From positions 1 through 31,136 of the forward strand of contig CAZESS010000021.1 in NCBI GenBank assembly GCA_964514975.1: 31,136 nucleotides of DNA. The letters are read 5' to 3'. The translations under genes and the position numbers were made by a program. The notes below the pieces were generated by a model, which was given only the letters and a program-made list of their open reading frames with translations, searched no databases and was not told the origin of the DNA. This document shows positions 8,477 through 17,683 of this stretch, one piece after another. The DNA comes from an uncultured Thermoplasmatales archaeon (GTDB taxonomy: Archaea; Thermoplasmatota; E2; UBA202; DSCA01). How positions within the stretch are numbered: the stretch's first letter is position 1; each line of letters starts with the position of its first letter.

Positions 8477-9106
8477 GTGCTAGACGTACTTTCCCTCATT
8501 ATAGGGTTTGTGGTGGGCATCATCGCGGTTTCCATCGCCATCGAGCTGGGATGGAGAAAGCAGGAGCCCACGAAAACATACAAGATGGCCACCCGGTGGT
8601 CGCTCAACGAGCTCCACCGGCCAAAAATCGTGGCGGAAAAACTCAAAATGGACGTGCCGCATCATGCCGACGTGGTCGTGCAAACCAGGACGAGTTTTTC
8701 AAAGGATGCACATGAAAACCCCGACGTGACGGGCAACTTCGCCGTCGGCGACGGCAAAGCGCTCGTGTTCGCCGGGGAAATCCATCCAGCGCAGCTGGCG
8801 TTCCGCACCGTCGACGACGCCATCGTCCGGCGGCTTCATGAGCGGTGGCAGCAGTACAACACCGAGCCCGGCGAACCACGGGGCACCGCTCCGGCCGGCG
8901 GCGGCATCACCATGCGCGGCATGGCGAAGGCCGTCGTCCCCTACCGCGACCAGTACCTCATACGGCTGTCCACATCAGAAGGGATACGGGGCGTGCTCGT
9001 CAACGAGCGCCTCGACCTCGAGGGCAAAATGATAGAGGTGGAGGGCGAGCTCGTGGGCGGCGACCGGCCGTTCATCAGGCCATTCCACCTCGAGGTTCTC
9101 CAATAA
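8477..9106 (+). CDS. Hypothetical membrane-anchored protein (possible degenerate PLD-like domain and C-terminal OB-like domain)
   Basis: N-terminal TM helix, GGTGA SD before the GTG, host-like codon usage, 1 nt from the next gene. The domain calls are pattern-level only. Confidence 0.65.
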   Translation: MLDVLSLIIGFVVGIIAVSIAIELGWRKQEPTKTYKMATRWSLNELHRPKIVAEKLKMDVPHHADVVVQTRTSFSKDAHENPDVTGNFAVGDGKALVFAGEIHPAQLAFRTVDDAIVRRLHERWQQYNTEPGEPRGTAPAGGGITMRGMAKAVVPYRDQYLIRLSTSEGIRGVLVNERLDLEGKMIEVEGELVGGDRPFIRPFHLEVLQ

Positions 9107-9107
9107 C

Positions 9108-10388
9108 ATGTCCATCCTTATCCGCGATGCGAACATTCTCACCCAGGACGAGCACCGCACCGTCGAGCAAGGTGACCTCTACATAGAGGACGGCCGCATC
9201 GCTGAGCTGTCACCGCATATTTCCACCGAGGCGGAACACGTCATAACGGGTGAACGGCTGGTGACTCCCGGCCTCGTCAACACGCACACCCATCTCCCCA
9301 TGGTGCTCATGCGGGGCTACGGCGACGACCTGCCGCTGGAGCGATGGCTGCAGGAACGGATATGGCCTATAGAGGGGCAGCTCACCGAACAGCTCGTCAG
9401 GGCGGGCACCCGGCTCGCGGTGCTGGAAATGATAGCAGGAGGGACAACCTGCCTTGCCGATATGTATTTTTTCGAGGATGCCATCGCCGAGGTCTGCAGC
9501 GAGATGGGCATCCGCTCCTATCCGGGCTTCTCCATCATCGACTTCGACACCGCCGAAATGAAGAGCGACGAAATGCTGCCCTCATGCGAGCGCTTCATCC
9601 GGAAATGGCGAGACAGCGACCTTGTTACCCCCGTGGTGGCGCCGCATTCAGCCTATTCATGCTCGGGCGAGCGGCTGCAGGCATCCGCCGAGCTTGCACA
9701 ACGCCAGGGGGTGCCCCTGCACACGCATTGCTCCGAAACCAGGCAGGAGGTCTACGACGTCGAGGAACGCTACGGGCGGCGGCCGCTGGCGCAGCTCGCC
9801 GAGCACGGCATGCTGACCGAGCGGACGATGCTCGCCCACTGCGGATGGATAACCAAGCAGGAGGTCCGGGACATCGCCGAATCGGGTGCTGCGGTGTCGC
9901 ACAACCCGGTGAGCAACATGAAACTGGGAACGGGCGGATATACGCCACTGCCGGAGCTGTTCGAGGCCGACGCTCCTGTTACCCTGGGCACGGACGGTGC
10001 CGCCAGTAACAACACGCTGTCCATGCTGGAAACGATGAAATACGCGGCGCTCATCCACAAGCAGCACCGGTGGGACGCCGCCGTGGTCCCCGCCCAGCAG
10101 GCGCTCGACATGGCGACATGCAATGCAGCCCGATGGCTTGGCATCGACAGCGCCATCGTGGAGGGTGCATCCGCCGACCTGGCGGTGCTCGACCTCGACC
10201 TGCCGGGCATGCAGCCGCTGCACGATCCCGTCTCGCAGGTGATCTACGCCGCCGGCGACAGCGCCGTTTCCTCGGCCATCGTCAAAGGACGGCCGCTGAT
10301 GCTGGAGCGCGAGTTCGTGGACATCGACGCGCGGCGGATACTGGCGGAGGCACAGGAGGCAGCCATGACGTTGACAGCCGGGCAGTAA
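9108..10388 (+). CDS. mtaD: Amidohydrolase, MTA/SAH (5'-deoxyadenosine) deaminase-like
   Basis: PGLVNTHTH, APHSAY, HCSET, HNPVSNMKL, GTDGAASNN. Substrate is inferred from family resemblance. Confidence 0.8.
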   Translation: MSILIRDANILTQDEHRTVEQGDLYIEDGRIAELSPHISTEAEHVITGERLVTPGLVNTHTHLPMVLMRGYGDDLPLERWLQERIWPIEGQLTEQLVRAGTRLAVLEMIAGGTTCLADMYFFEDAIAEVCSEMGIRSYPGFSIIDFDTAEMKSDEMLPSCERFIRKWRDSDLVTPVVAPHSAYSCSGERLQASAELAQRQGVPLHTHCSETRQEVYDVEERYGRRPLAQLAEHGMLTERTMLAHCGWITKQEVRDIAESGAAVSHNPVSNMKLGTGGYTPLPELFEADAPVTLGTDGAASNNTLSMLETMKYAALIHKQHRWDAAVVPAQQALDMATCNAARWLGIDSAIVEGASADLAVLDLDLPGMQPLHDPVSQVIYAAGDSAVSSAIVKGRPLMLEREFVDIDARRILAEAQEAAMTLTAGQ

Positions 10389-10461
10389 CCGTCACGAAGC
10401 CAACATGTGCAGGGGCAGCGGCAGGCGGTGCATTTTTAAACACAGGCCGGGTATACACGAA

Positions 10462-10881
10462 ATGATCCGGGACTGTACCTCACAGGACCTGCCTGCGGTG
10501 CTTGAAATCGAGCGTCGCTCCTTCGCGCATCCATATACCAGATTAGTGTTCCAGAAATATCTCCGTGCCACGTTCCTGGTGCTGGAACAGGAATGCATCC
10601 TCGGCTACGTCATCGGCGTCAAGATGGGCTGCAAGGGCATCATCATCTCGCTGGCCGTCCATCCCGACCATCGTCGCCGGGGCCATGGCACCCGGCTCGT
10701 CCGGGCGGTCATCGAGCGGCTCGATGCCACCGTCCTGGAGATACAGGTCCGGCAGAGCAACACGGGAGCGCAGCGGTTTTATGCGGCGCTCGGGTTCCAG
10801 AAAAGCCATGTGGTCCCCTCATATTATGGCAACGGAGAGGATGCCTTCATCATGATAAAACGGGTGGAGCAGTCTTCCTGA
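10462..10881 (+). CDS. rimI: RimI/Ard1-like GNAT N-acetyltransferase
   Basis: SLAVHPDHRRRGHG, QVRQSNTGAQRFY..LGF, YYGNGEDA; ATG 10462 is 22 nt after TTTTTAAA. Confidence 0.85.
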   Translation: MIRDCTSQDLPAVLEIERRSFAHPYTRLVFQKYLRATFLVLEQECILGYVIGVKMGCKGIIISLAVHPDHRRRGHGTRLVRAVIERLDATVLEIQVRQSNTGAQRFYAALGFQKSHVVPSYYGNGEDAFIMIKRVEQSS

Positions 10882-10903
10882 CCTGCAGGGGCGGAGCATG
10901 CTT

Positions 10904-11092
10904 TTATTTTGACTGCGGTGCTATGAGGAGAACGGTGAGGCCGATGGCCAGGAACACGCCGCCCAGCACAACATATGGATTGGAAAACGAAACATGGTCG
11001 ATGCCATCCAACGCTATCCCGTATGCGAGGATGATGCCTCCAAGAATGAGGGCGAACAGGCCGGGCAGGACGGCCGCCATGGTTTGCTTCAT
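10904..11092 (-). CDS. Small two-TM membrane protein
   Basis: 62 aa with two hydrophobic helices; fills the gap downstream of nac on the same strand. Confidence 0.6.
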   Translation of the reverse strand: MKQTMAAVLPGLFALILGGIILAYGIALDGIDHVSFSNPYVVLGGVFLAIGLTVLLIAPQSK

Positions 11093-11123
11093 CGAAAACC
11101 CGTCCCCGCTGCCGTCACGCCGT

Positions 11124-11450
11124 TCATCCTGACAGGTCGATGATGGCCTGGGCGATGTCCCCGTCCGCCTTTTTCAGGGCTGCCCTGGCCTCGTCGGTGC
11201 TTTTCCCCGTTTTTTCTGCGACGAGCGCGACGTCGTTCTCGCTCATGCGGTCGACGATCTCGGGCGTGCCGGATACCTGGTAGGTCTTGTCGCCCTTGAC
11301 CTCCATGACGTTGACCTCTGCGTCGGCGAAGCAATATTCCTTGTCGGCGGTGCGGATGACGACCTCCTCGACCCCCTCGAGCTGCTCCATGGACATGCCC
11401 ATCTGGCGCATGAGCTTCTGCAGCTGCTTGGGGTTCATGTTCGGCATCAT
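11124..11450 (-). CDS. nac: Nascent polypeptide-associated complex protein
   Basis: MNPKQLQKLMRQMGM, VEEVVI, TYQVSG, UBA-like tail DVALVAEKTG..ARAALKKADGDIAQAI. Start is 11450 or 11459. Confidence 0.92.
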   Translation of the reverse strand: MMPNMNPKQLQKLMRQMGMSMEQLEGVEEVVIRTADKEYCFADAEVNVMEVKGDKTYQVSGTPEIVDRMSENDVALVAEKTGKSTDEARAALKKADGDIAQAIIDLSG

Positions 11451-11488
11451 ATCAAACATTATATAGTTCGGGTGTTTAACTTTTTGGT

Positions 11489-12919
11489 ATGCACCCCCTG
11501 GAAGTCCGCGTGCTGGACGCCAACGCATCCCACCATGGCGTGTTACAGGAAACGCTGATGGAAAACGCAGGAGCCGGGGTCGCCGAGACTATCCTGGAGC
11601 GATATGGCTGCCGGCGATGCTGCATCCTGTGCGGTCCGGGCAACAACGGCGGCGACGGGCTGGTTGCAGCACGGTATCTCTCACAACACTGCAAGGTCGA
11701 CGTGTTCCTGGTCAAGCGTCCAAAGTCACGGCTGGCGCAAAAAAACCTCCGGCGGGTCAAAGAGCTCGGCGTTCCCGTGCATTATTACCAGCAGGAAACA
11801 TTCACGGAGATACTGGGGCAGTCCGATGTCGCTGTCGACGCGATGCTGGGCATCGGCATCACCGGTGCACTGCGGCCGCCATATGACGACATCGTCGCCG
11901 CGTTGAACGAGAGCGATGCAGCCGTGATATCGGTCGACGTCCCGACCGGCCTCGGGCAGGACATCGCTGTCCACCCCGATGTGACGGTGACCTTCCACGC
12001 TGCCAAGGATGGCATGACGAGCGACAACAGCGGCAACGTTGTCGTCCACGACATCGGCATTCCAGACAGGGCGGTCATACAGGTCGGCCCCGGCGACATG
12101 GCCTGGTATCCCCGCCATGGACGGCAATCCCACAAGGGAGACAACGGCACCGTGCTCGTCGTCGGCGGCGGCCCCTATACCGGCGCCCCCGCCCTGGCGG
12201 CAATGGCAGCCCTCCGCACCGGCGCCGACCTTGCCATGGCTGCGGTGCCCGGCCAGGCGTGGCAGGCGGTTGCCTCGTTTTCACCCGACGTCATCGCCCG
12301 GCGATTGGACGGCGACGTGCTGCAGCCCCGCCATATCGAGGGCATCAAGATGCTGCTCGAGCGGGCGGACAGCCTGGTCGTCGGGCCCGGCCTCGGCGAC
12401 GCATCACAGACAATGCAGGCGGTCGACGCATTGCTCGACCTCTGTATTGAGCAAAACATCCCGGCGGTCGTCGACGCCGACGCTATCGGAGCTATGGCGG
12501 ACAAATCCGCCACCGGACATCTTATCGTCACGCCGCACGCCGGCGAGTTCAAAGCGCTGACGGGCACGGCACCATCTGATACCCTGGAGGAACGCATGAC
12601 GGCTGTCAGGGCGGCGGCCAGGGCCCGAAAATGCACCATACTGCTGAAGGGATGGACAGATGTCATCAGCGACGGCAATACAGTGAAAACCAACCACGTC
12701 GGCAACGAGGGGATGACCGTTGGGGGGACCGGCGACGTGCTGTCCGGCATTGCAGCGGCATTGCTCGCCATGGACGTCCCTGCCTACAACGCCGCGCGGA
12801 TGGCCGCCTTCCTGAACGGCAGCGCGGGCAACGCTGCATTTGAGCAAAAAAGCTACGGCATGGCCGCCACCGACGTGCTCGCCAGGCTGCCCGAGGCCAT
12901 CGCTGAATACGGGCCATAA
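11489..12919 (+). CDS. nnr: Bifunctional NAD(P)H-hydrate epimerase/dehydratase
   Basis: LMENAG, CGPGNNGGDG, DAMLGIG, SVDVPTG (YjeF-N); HKGDNG, GPGLG, VVDADA, TPHAGEF, GGTGDVLSG (YjeF-C). Confidence 0.93.
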   Translation: MHPLEVRVLDANASHHGVLQETLMENAGAGVAETILERYGCRRCCILCGPGNNGGDGLVAARYLSQHCKVDVFLVKRPKSRLAQKNLRRVKELGVPVHYYQQETFTEILGQSDVAVDAMLGIGITGALRPPYDDIVAALNESDAAVISVDVPTGLGQDIAVHPDVTVTFHAAKDGMTSDNSGNVVVHDIGIPDRAVIQVGPGDMAWYPRHGRQSHKGDNGTVLVVGGGPYTGAPALAAMAALRTGADLAMAAVPGQAWQAVASFSPDVIARRLDGDVLQPRHIEGIKMLLERADSLVVGPGLGDASQTMQAVDALLDLCIEQNIPAVVDADAIGAMADKSATGHLIVTPHAGEFKALTGTAPSDTLEERMTAVRAAARARKCTILLKGWTDVISDGNTVKTNHVGNEGMTVGGTGDVLSGIAAALLAMDVPAYNAARMAAFLNGSAGNAAFEQKSYGMAATDVLARLPEAIAEYGP

Positions 12920-12952
12920 ACAAGTTTAAAAGCTATCTGTCGTTTTTCTGTC

Positions 12953-13144
12953 ATGCGGGGATTCCTGACATTGTGGTTCATCCTCAACCTCATAGCCGTC
13001 ATCGGCTCATGGATAAGCGTCCAGTATTCGCCGGGCACGCTGTTCGAGTTTCCCTATTTCCATCTGCTGGGCATCCTGTCGCTGTTCTTTTTGCTCAACG
13101 TTCCATTCTACACTGCATATGACCGGCTGCGGGAAGAGGAATAA
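12953..13144 (+). CDS. Small two-TM membrane protein
   Basis: 63 aa, two hydrophobic helices, TTTAAAA 22-28 nt upstream, 2 nt before the PhzF gene. Confidence 0.6.
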   Translation: MRGFLTLWFILNLIAVIGSWISVQYSPGTLFEFPYFHLLGILSLFFLLNVPFYTAYDRLREEE

Positions 13145-13146
13145 CG

Positions 13147-13986
13147 ATGCCGCGGGTCTACATCGTCGACGTATTTGCAGCACAACGCTTCGCAGGCAAC
13201 CCGGCCGGCGTGGTTCCGCAGGCCGCCGAGCTCGATGATACAACGATGCAGCATATCGCCAGGGAGCTGCGCTGCTCCGAGACCGCCTTTGTCATGGAGA
13301 GCGATACAGCAGACGTGAGGGTGCGGTTTTTCTCGCCTGCCCGGGAGGTCGACCTCTGCGGCCATGCCACCATCGCCGCCTTCCATGTCCTGGATGCGAC
13401 GACGGAGCTGCCGTCCAGGGTGACGATGGAAACCCGTGTCGGTGTTCTGCCCGTCGAGATTCGCAGCGGTGCAGTCCACATGCAGCAGGCGCAACCGGCG
13501 TTTCGCTCTCTAGACATCGATACCCCAATCCTGGCGGATGCTCTGGGTCTCGACGAAAACGTTATCGCCGGTCTGCCCATCGAGGCGGTGTCGACCGGCC
13601 TGTGGTCGCTGAACGTCCCCATCGCGAGCAGGGCCGTAATGGAGCAGCTTCGCCCCGACTACGATGCCATCAAAGCTCTCTGCCGCGAGTGTGACGTCGG
13701 CGCGCTCTTCGCGTTCACCTTCGACACCGTCGAGGAGGAAAACCTGGTGCACGGCCGCTGCTTTGCTCCCTGCTACGGCATCGACGAGGACCCGGTGACG
13801 GGGACGGCAAACGGTGCACTCGGCGCCTATCTCCGCCGGCACGACCTGCTTGAGGCGAGGCGGTATACGGCGGAGCAGGGCTACGAGCTCGGGCGGCCCG
13901 GCATCGTGCACGTCGACGTCTCGGACGGCGATGTATGGGTGGGTGGCACCGCCATGGTGACCCTTTCGGGCCGCATCAGCCTGTAG
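13147..13986 (+). CDS. PhzF family isomerase/epimerase
   Basis: VDVFA..FAGNPAGVV, SETAFV, EVDLCGHAT, EDPVTGTA, EQG..GRPG. Confidence 0.92.
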   Translation: MPRVYIVDVFAAQRFAGNPAGVVPQAAELDDTTMQHIARELRCSETAFVMESDTADVRVRFFSPAREVDLCGHATIAAFHVLDATTELPSRVTMETRVGVLPVEIRSGAVHMQQAQPAFRSLDIDTPILADALGLDENVIAGLPIEAVSTGLWSLNVPIASRAVMEQLRPDYDAIKALCRECDVGALFAFTFDTVEEENLVHGRCFAPCYGIDEDPVTGTANGALGAYLRRHDLLEARRYTAEQGYELGRPGIVHVDVSDGDVWVGGTAMVTLSGRISL

Positions 13987-15499
13987 GGCCGTGCAGCACG
14001 CCGGTTTGTTCCTCAACCGCCGCCATGATGTCGCCGTCGCATATCAACGCGGTGACAGCCTCGATGTCCCTGTAGAGCGGCCGGTCCTCGTCCACCGGCG
14101 GTATCTTTTCCCGGATAACGGCGTGGGCTGCGGCGGTGGCCGGCGAGGGCTGTTCCTCCCGGAACTCGAGAGCCTGCGCCGCCGTCATGAGCTCGATGGC
14201 GACCACCCTGCGTGTGTTCACGACGATGTCCCTGGCATGCCGGGCCGCGGTGGCACCCATCGACTGGTAGTCCTCCTTGTTCGCCGACGTCGGGATGGAG
14301 TCAACCGACGCCGGATGAGCCAGGGTCTTGTTTTCGCTGACCAGCGAGGCAGCGACATACTGCGGCATCATCAGCCCGGAATGCAGACCTGCATGTCTGG
14401 ACAAAAACTGCGGCAGACCCGAAAGATTTGTGTCGACGAGCCGGGCGACACGGCGTTCCGCCATGATCCCGAGCTTCGTCACCGCGATGCCGAGCATGTC
14501 AAGCGCGATGGCCAGCGGGTCGCCGTGGAAGTTGCCACCGGAAATGATATCGTCGAACACCAGGGGGTTGTCGGTCACCGCGTTTATCTCTATGTCCAGC
14601 ACCCGGCGCACATGGGCGAGGGTGTCAAAAACGGTGCCCATGGCCTGGGGCATGCATCGCAATGTGTAGGCATCCTGCACCCTGGAGCAGTCCCGATGGG
14701 AGGCGATGATGCCACTGTCCCTGGTGAGCCGCCAGAGGTTGTCCGCGATGGCGACCTGCCCGGGATGTGGACGCGCCCGGTGTATCTCCTCCCGGAACGC
14801 CTGGTCGGTTCCCTTCAGCGCCTCGAGCGACATCACGCCGGCGACCTGCGCATGTTTGAGCAGCATGGCGGCGTCATGCCAGGCAAGGCAGCCGATGGCC
14901 GTCATCAGTTGTGTGCCGTTTATCAGTGCCAGCCCCTCTTTTGCCTCATAGGAGATGGGGCCTATCTCGGCTCTGTCCAGGGCTTCCATCGCCGGCATCC
15001 GCCGTTTGTTGAAAAAAGCGCTGCCCTCCCCCATAAAGGCCAGGGCGATGTGCGCCAGCGGTGCCAGGTCGCCGCTCGCCCCCACGGAGCCCTGCGAGGG
15101 CACCACAGGAATAAAGCCGCGGTTGAGCGCCTCGAGCAGCTTCTCGACCACCTCGGGACGGACGCCGGACATGCCCCTGGCGAGCGAGTTGGCGCGCAGC
15201 AGGATCATGGCCCGCACTATCTCCTCGGGCAGCTCCTCGCCGACGCCGCAGGCATGGCTCCGGATGAGATTGCGCTGCAGGCCGCCTATCTCCTCGCCCG
15301 ATATGCGGACGTCGGAGAGCTCGCCGAAGCCGGTGTTGACGCCGTATGCCGTCTCGTCTGACTCCAGCAAAGCGGTGATTTTGTCTCTGCTTCTGGCAAG
15401 GCGCTCACCTATTTTTTTCGGCAGCTCCACTTGCTCGTGGTTGCGGGCGACCGCTACGACATCCTCGACGCTCAGCGTTTCGCCGTCCACCGATATCAT
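13976..15499 (-). CDS. hutH: Histidine ammonia-lyase
   Basis: [20 protein letters not shown]-forming [34 protein letters not shown]; coupled to hutU. Confidence 0.95.
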   Translation of the reverse strand: MISVDGETLSVEDVVAVARNHEQVELPKKIGERLARSRDKITALLESDETAYGVNTGFGELSDVRISGEEIGGLQRNLIRSHACGVGEELPEEIVRAMILLRANSLARGMSGVRPEVVEKLLEALNRGFIPVVPSQGSVGASGDLAPLAHIALAFMGEGSAFFNKRRMPAMEALDRAEIGPISYEAKEGLALINGTQLMTAIGCLAWHDAAMLLKHAQVAGVMSLEALKGTDQAFREEIHRARPHPGQVAIADNLWRLTRDSGIIASHRDCSRVQDAYTLRCMPQAMGTVFDTLAHVRRVLDIEINAVTDNPLVFDDIISGGNFHGDPLAIALDMLGIAVTKLGIMAERRVARLVDTNLSGLPQFLSRHAGLHSGLMMPQYVAASLVSENKTLAHPASVDSIPTSANKEDYQSMGATAARHARDIVVNTRRVVAIELMTAAQALEFREEQPSPATAAAHAVIREKIPPVDEDRPLYRDIEAVTALICDGDIMAAVEEQTGVLHGPTG

Positions 15500-17145
15500 T
15501 GTTGCTCCATGGGAACCCGGATGCCATGCTGCCGGGCGAACCCGACGGCGCGCTCATATCCCGCGTCGGCATGACGCACGACGCCGCTGCCCGGGTCGGT
15601 GGTGAACACCCGCCGGATGCGCTCATCCGTTTCAGGGGAGCCATCGCAGACGACGACCATGCCCGCATGGGTCGACAGCCCGATGCCGACACCGCCGCCG
15701 TTGTGGACGGAGATGCTGTCCGCCCCGGCCGCGCAGTTGAGCAGCGCGTTGAGCAATGGCCAGTCGGCGATGGCGTCGCTGCCATCCCGCATGCCCTCTG
15801 TCTCCCGGTTGGGTGAGGCGACGCTGCCCGCATCGAGATGGTCGCGGGTGATGGCGATGGGGCCGATGTCCCCGCTGCGGACCATCCTGTTGATAGCTAA
15901 AGCGAAGCGGTCGCGTTCGCCGTAGCCCAGCCAGCAGACCCGTGCCGGCAGCCCTTCCCAGGGCAGATGTTCCTCGGCGAGCTTCGTCCAGTTCACCAAT
16001 GTCTCGTTATCGGGGAACATGTCCATGACCAGCCGGTCGGTCTTCAGGATGTCCTCCTCGTTGCCCGTCAGGGCAAGCCAGCGGAACGGCCCTCGTCCCT
16101 CGCAAAACATCGGACGGATGTATGCCAGCACGAAGCCGGGATAGTCGAAGGCGTTGTCGACGCCGGCGTCCTGCGCCTGCCCGCGAAGGTTGTTGCCATA
16201 GTCAAACACAATGGAGCCGGCATCCTGCAGGGCGAGCATCGCCCGGCAATGAGCGGCCATCGATTCCCTGGCACGGCGGATGTACTCCTCCGGGTCATTC
16301 TCCCGCAGCTTTAGCGCCGCATCAAGGTTGCTCCCGTAAAAGCCAGCGGGAACGTAGCCATGCAGGGCGTCATGCGCCGAGGTCTGGTCGGTGACCACGT
16401 CCGGCACGACGTCGCGCTCCACCAGCTCGGGGTGCACGTCGGCGCAGTTGCCCAGCAGCGCCACCGACACCGCCTCACCTGCATCGGCCGCCGCGGTGAC
16501 CAGGTCCAGCGCCTCGTCGAGGTCATCTGTCTTTTCCTGACAAAAACCGGCCCGGATGCGCCGGTCGATCCGCTGTTCGTCGCATTCAACGACCAACGCT
16601 GCGCCGCCGTTCATCGTTATCGCCAGGGGCTGCGCGCCGCCCATCCCCCCCAGGCCGCCGGACAGCACAAACCGGCCCGCAAGCGAGCCATCAAAATGCT
16701 TCCGGGCGAGCGCCGCAAACGTCTCATAGGTGCCCTGGATGATGCCCTGGGTGCCGATGTAGCACCACGAGCCCGCGGTCATCTGGCCGTACATGGTCAA
16801 CCCGAGATCCTCGAGCTCATAGAAGTCCTCCCAGGTGCTCCAACGGGACACCAGGTTGGCATTGGCGATCAGCACGCGGGGGCTGTTCTCATGCGTCCTG
16901 AACACCCCCACCGGCTTCCCCGACTGCACCAGCAACGTCTCATCGTCATCCAGGCGCTTGAGCTCCCGGACGATGGCATGGTAGCAGTCCCAGTCACGGG
17001 CCGCCTTCCCCGTGCCGCCGTACACGATCAGGTCCTCGGGCACCTCGGCGTTCTCCAGGTTGTTCTCCAGCATACGGAGGATGGCCTCCTGGCGCCAGCC
17101 CCTGCAGCGCAGCTCCTCGCCACGCGCCGCCTGTATCTCTGTCAT
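15496..17145 (-). CDS. hutU: Urocanate hydratase
   Basis: [62 protein letters not shown]. Start set at ATG 17145 (MTEIQAARG). Confidence 0.95.
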   Translation of the reverse strand: MTEIQAARGEELRCRGWRQEAILRMLENNLENAEVPEDLIVYGGTGKAARDWDCYHAIVRELKRLDDDETLLVQSGKPVGVFRTHENSPRVLIANANLVSRWSTWEDFYELEDLGLTMYGQMTAGSWCYIGTQGIIQGTYETFAALARKHFDGSLAGRFVLSGGLGGMGGAQPLAITMNGGAALVVECDEQRIDRRIRAGFCQEKTDDLDEALDLVTAAADAGEAVSVALLGNCADVHPELVERDVVPDVVTDQTSAHDALHGYVPAGFYGSNLDAALKLRENDPEEYIRRARESMAAHCRAMLALQDAGSIVFDYGNNLRGQAQDAGVDNAFDYPGFVLAYIRPMFCEGRGPFRWLALTGNEEDILKTDRLVMDMFPDNETLVNWTKLAEEHLPWEGLPARVCWLGYGERDRFALAINRMVRSGDIGPIAITRDHLDAGSVASPNRETEGMRDGSDAIADWPLLNALLNCAAGADSISVHNGGGVGIGLSTHAGMVVVCDGSPETDERIRRVFTTDPGSGVVRHADAGYERAVGFARQHGIRVPMEQQ

Positions 17146-17638
17146 GCTCGGTGTAACATCGAAAAAATACTTAATGTTTCCCCAACTTGATGGAAAACCC
17201 GTTATGTTAAAATGGGATTTTTTCCCATCAGCCGTAGGCAATTGTTTCGTCACGTGGGGTCTTGGTATCGGTGTCTTCGAACATCTCCATCATGTGGTCA
17301 GACCAAACATCAAAACCATTGTAGAAAACAGGATAAAGCGGGCGGTGTACAGGCGGCGTTTTGAGGAACTTTTTTATCGATAGTGTGGTGGCTTTGTCTA
17401 TAGGGCCACAACCTGTGAAGAAGAGGAGGAACGACAGGACAGGTATACGGCATTGTACAGACGTATACCAATTGTATACATCTTGTCGGGATTTACAATA
17501 TGGAAAGTCGATACTATTCAGTGGTCTGAAGTTGGAGGCTGTCTATATGATTAGGGCTAATGGTATTTTGCAAAATATATGTTGGACCTATAAGGAGAGA
17601 GCTTCAGACGACTGAACAGTTACGGAAAATCAATACAC

Positions 17639-17660
17639 ATATATATATATATATATATAT
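17639..17660. repeat. (AT)11 dinucleotide microsatellite at the promoter position of the sensor gene
   Basis: 22 nt of perfect AT repeat ending 23 nt before ATG 17684. Confidence 0.9.
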
Positions 17661-17683
17661 GATTTATTGTATTAAATTATACC

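Noticed and set aside
9108-10388. Amidohydrolase as the missing HutI or HutF
   Set aside because: Motifs (HNPVSNMKL, GTDGAASNN) fit the MtaD/DadD group better, and the gene is not in the hut operon.
13991-17190. Plus-strand ORFs 13991-15361 and 16360-17190
   Set aside because: Antisense shadows of hutH and hutU.
17146-17253. 36-aa N-terminal extension of HutU in the ORF track
   Set aside because: It runs through AT-rich promoter sequence; recognisable HutU sequence starts at MTEIQAARG.
17443-17482. Mini-CRISPR or iteron array
   Set aside because: Only two degenerate ~20-bp units with no spacers and no cas or rep genes.
17361-17615. 84-aa ORF in the AT-rich spacer
   Set aside because: TTG start, atypical codons, no motif; a decayed gene cannot be fully excluded.
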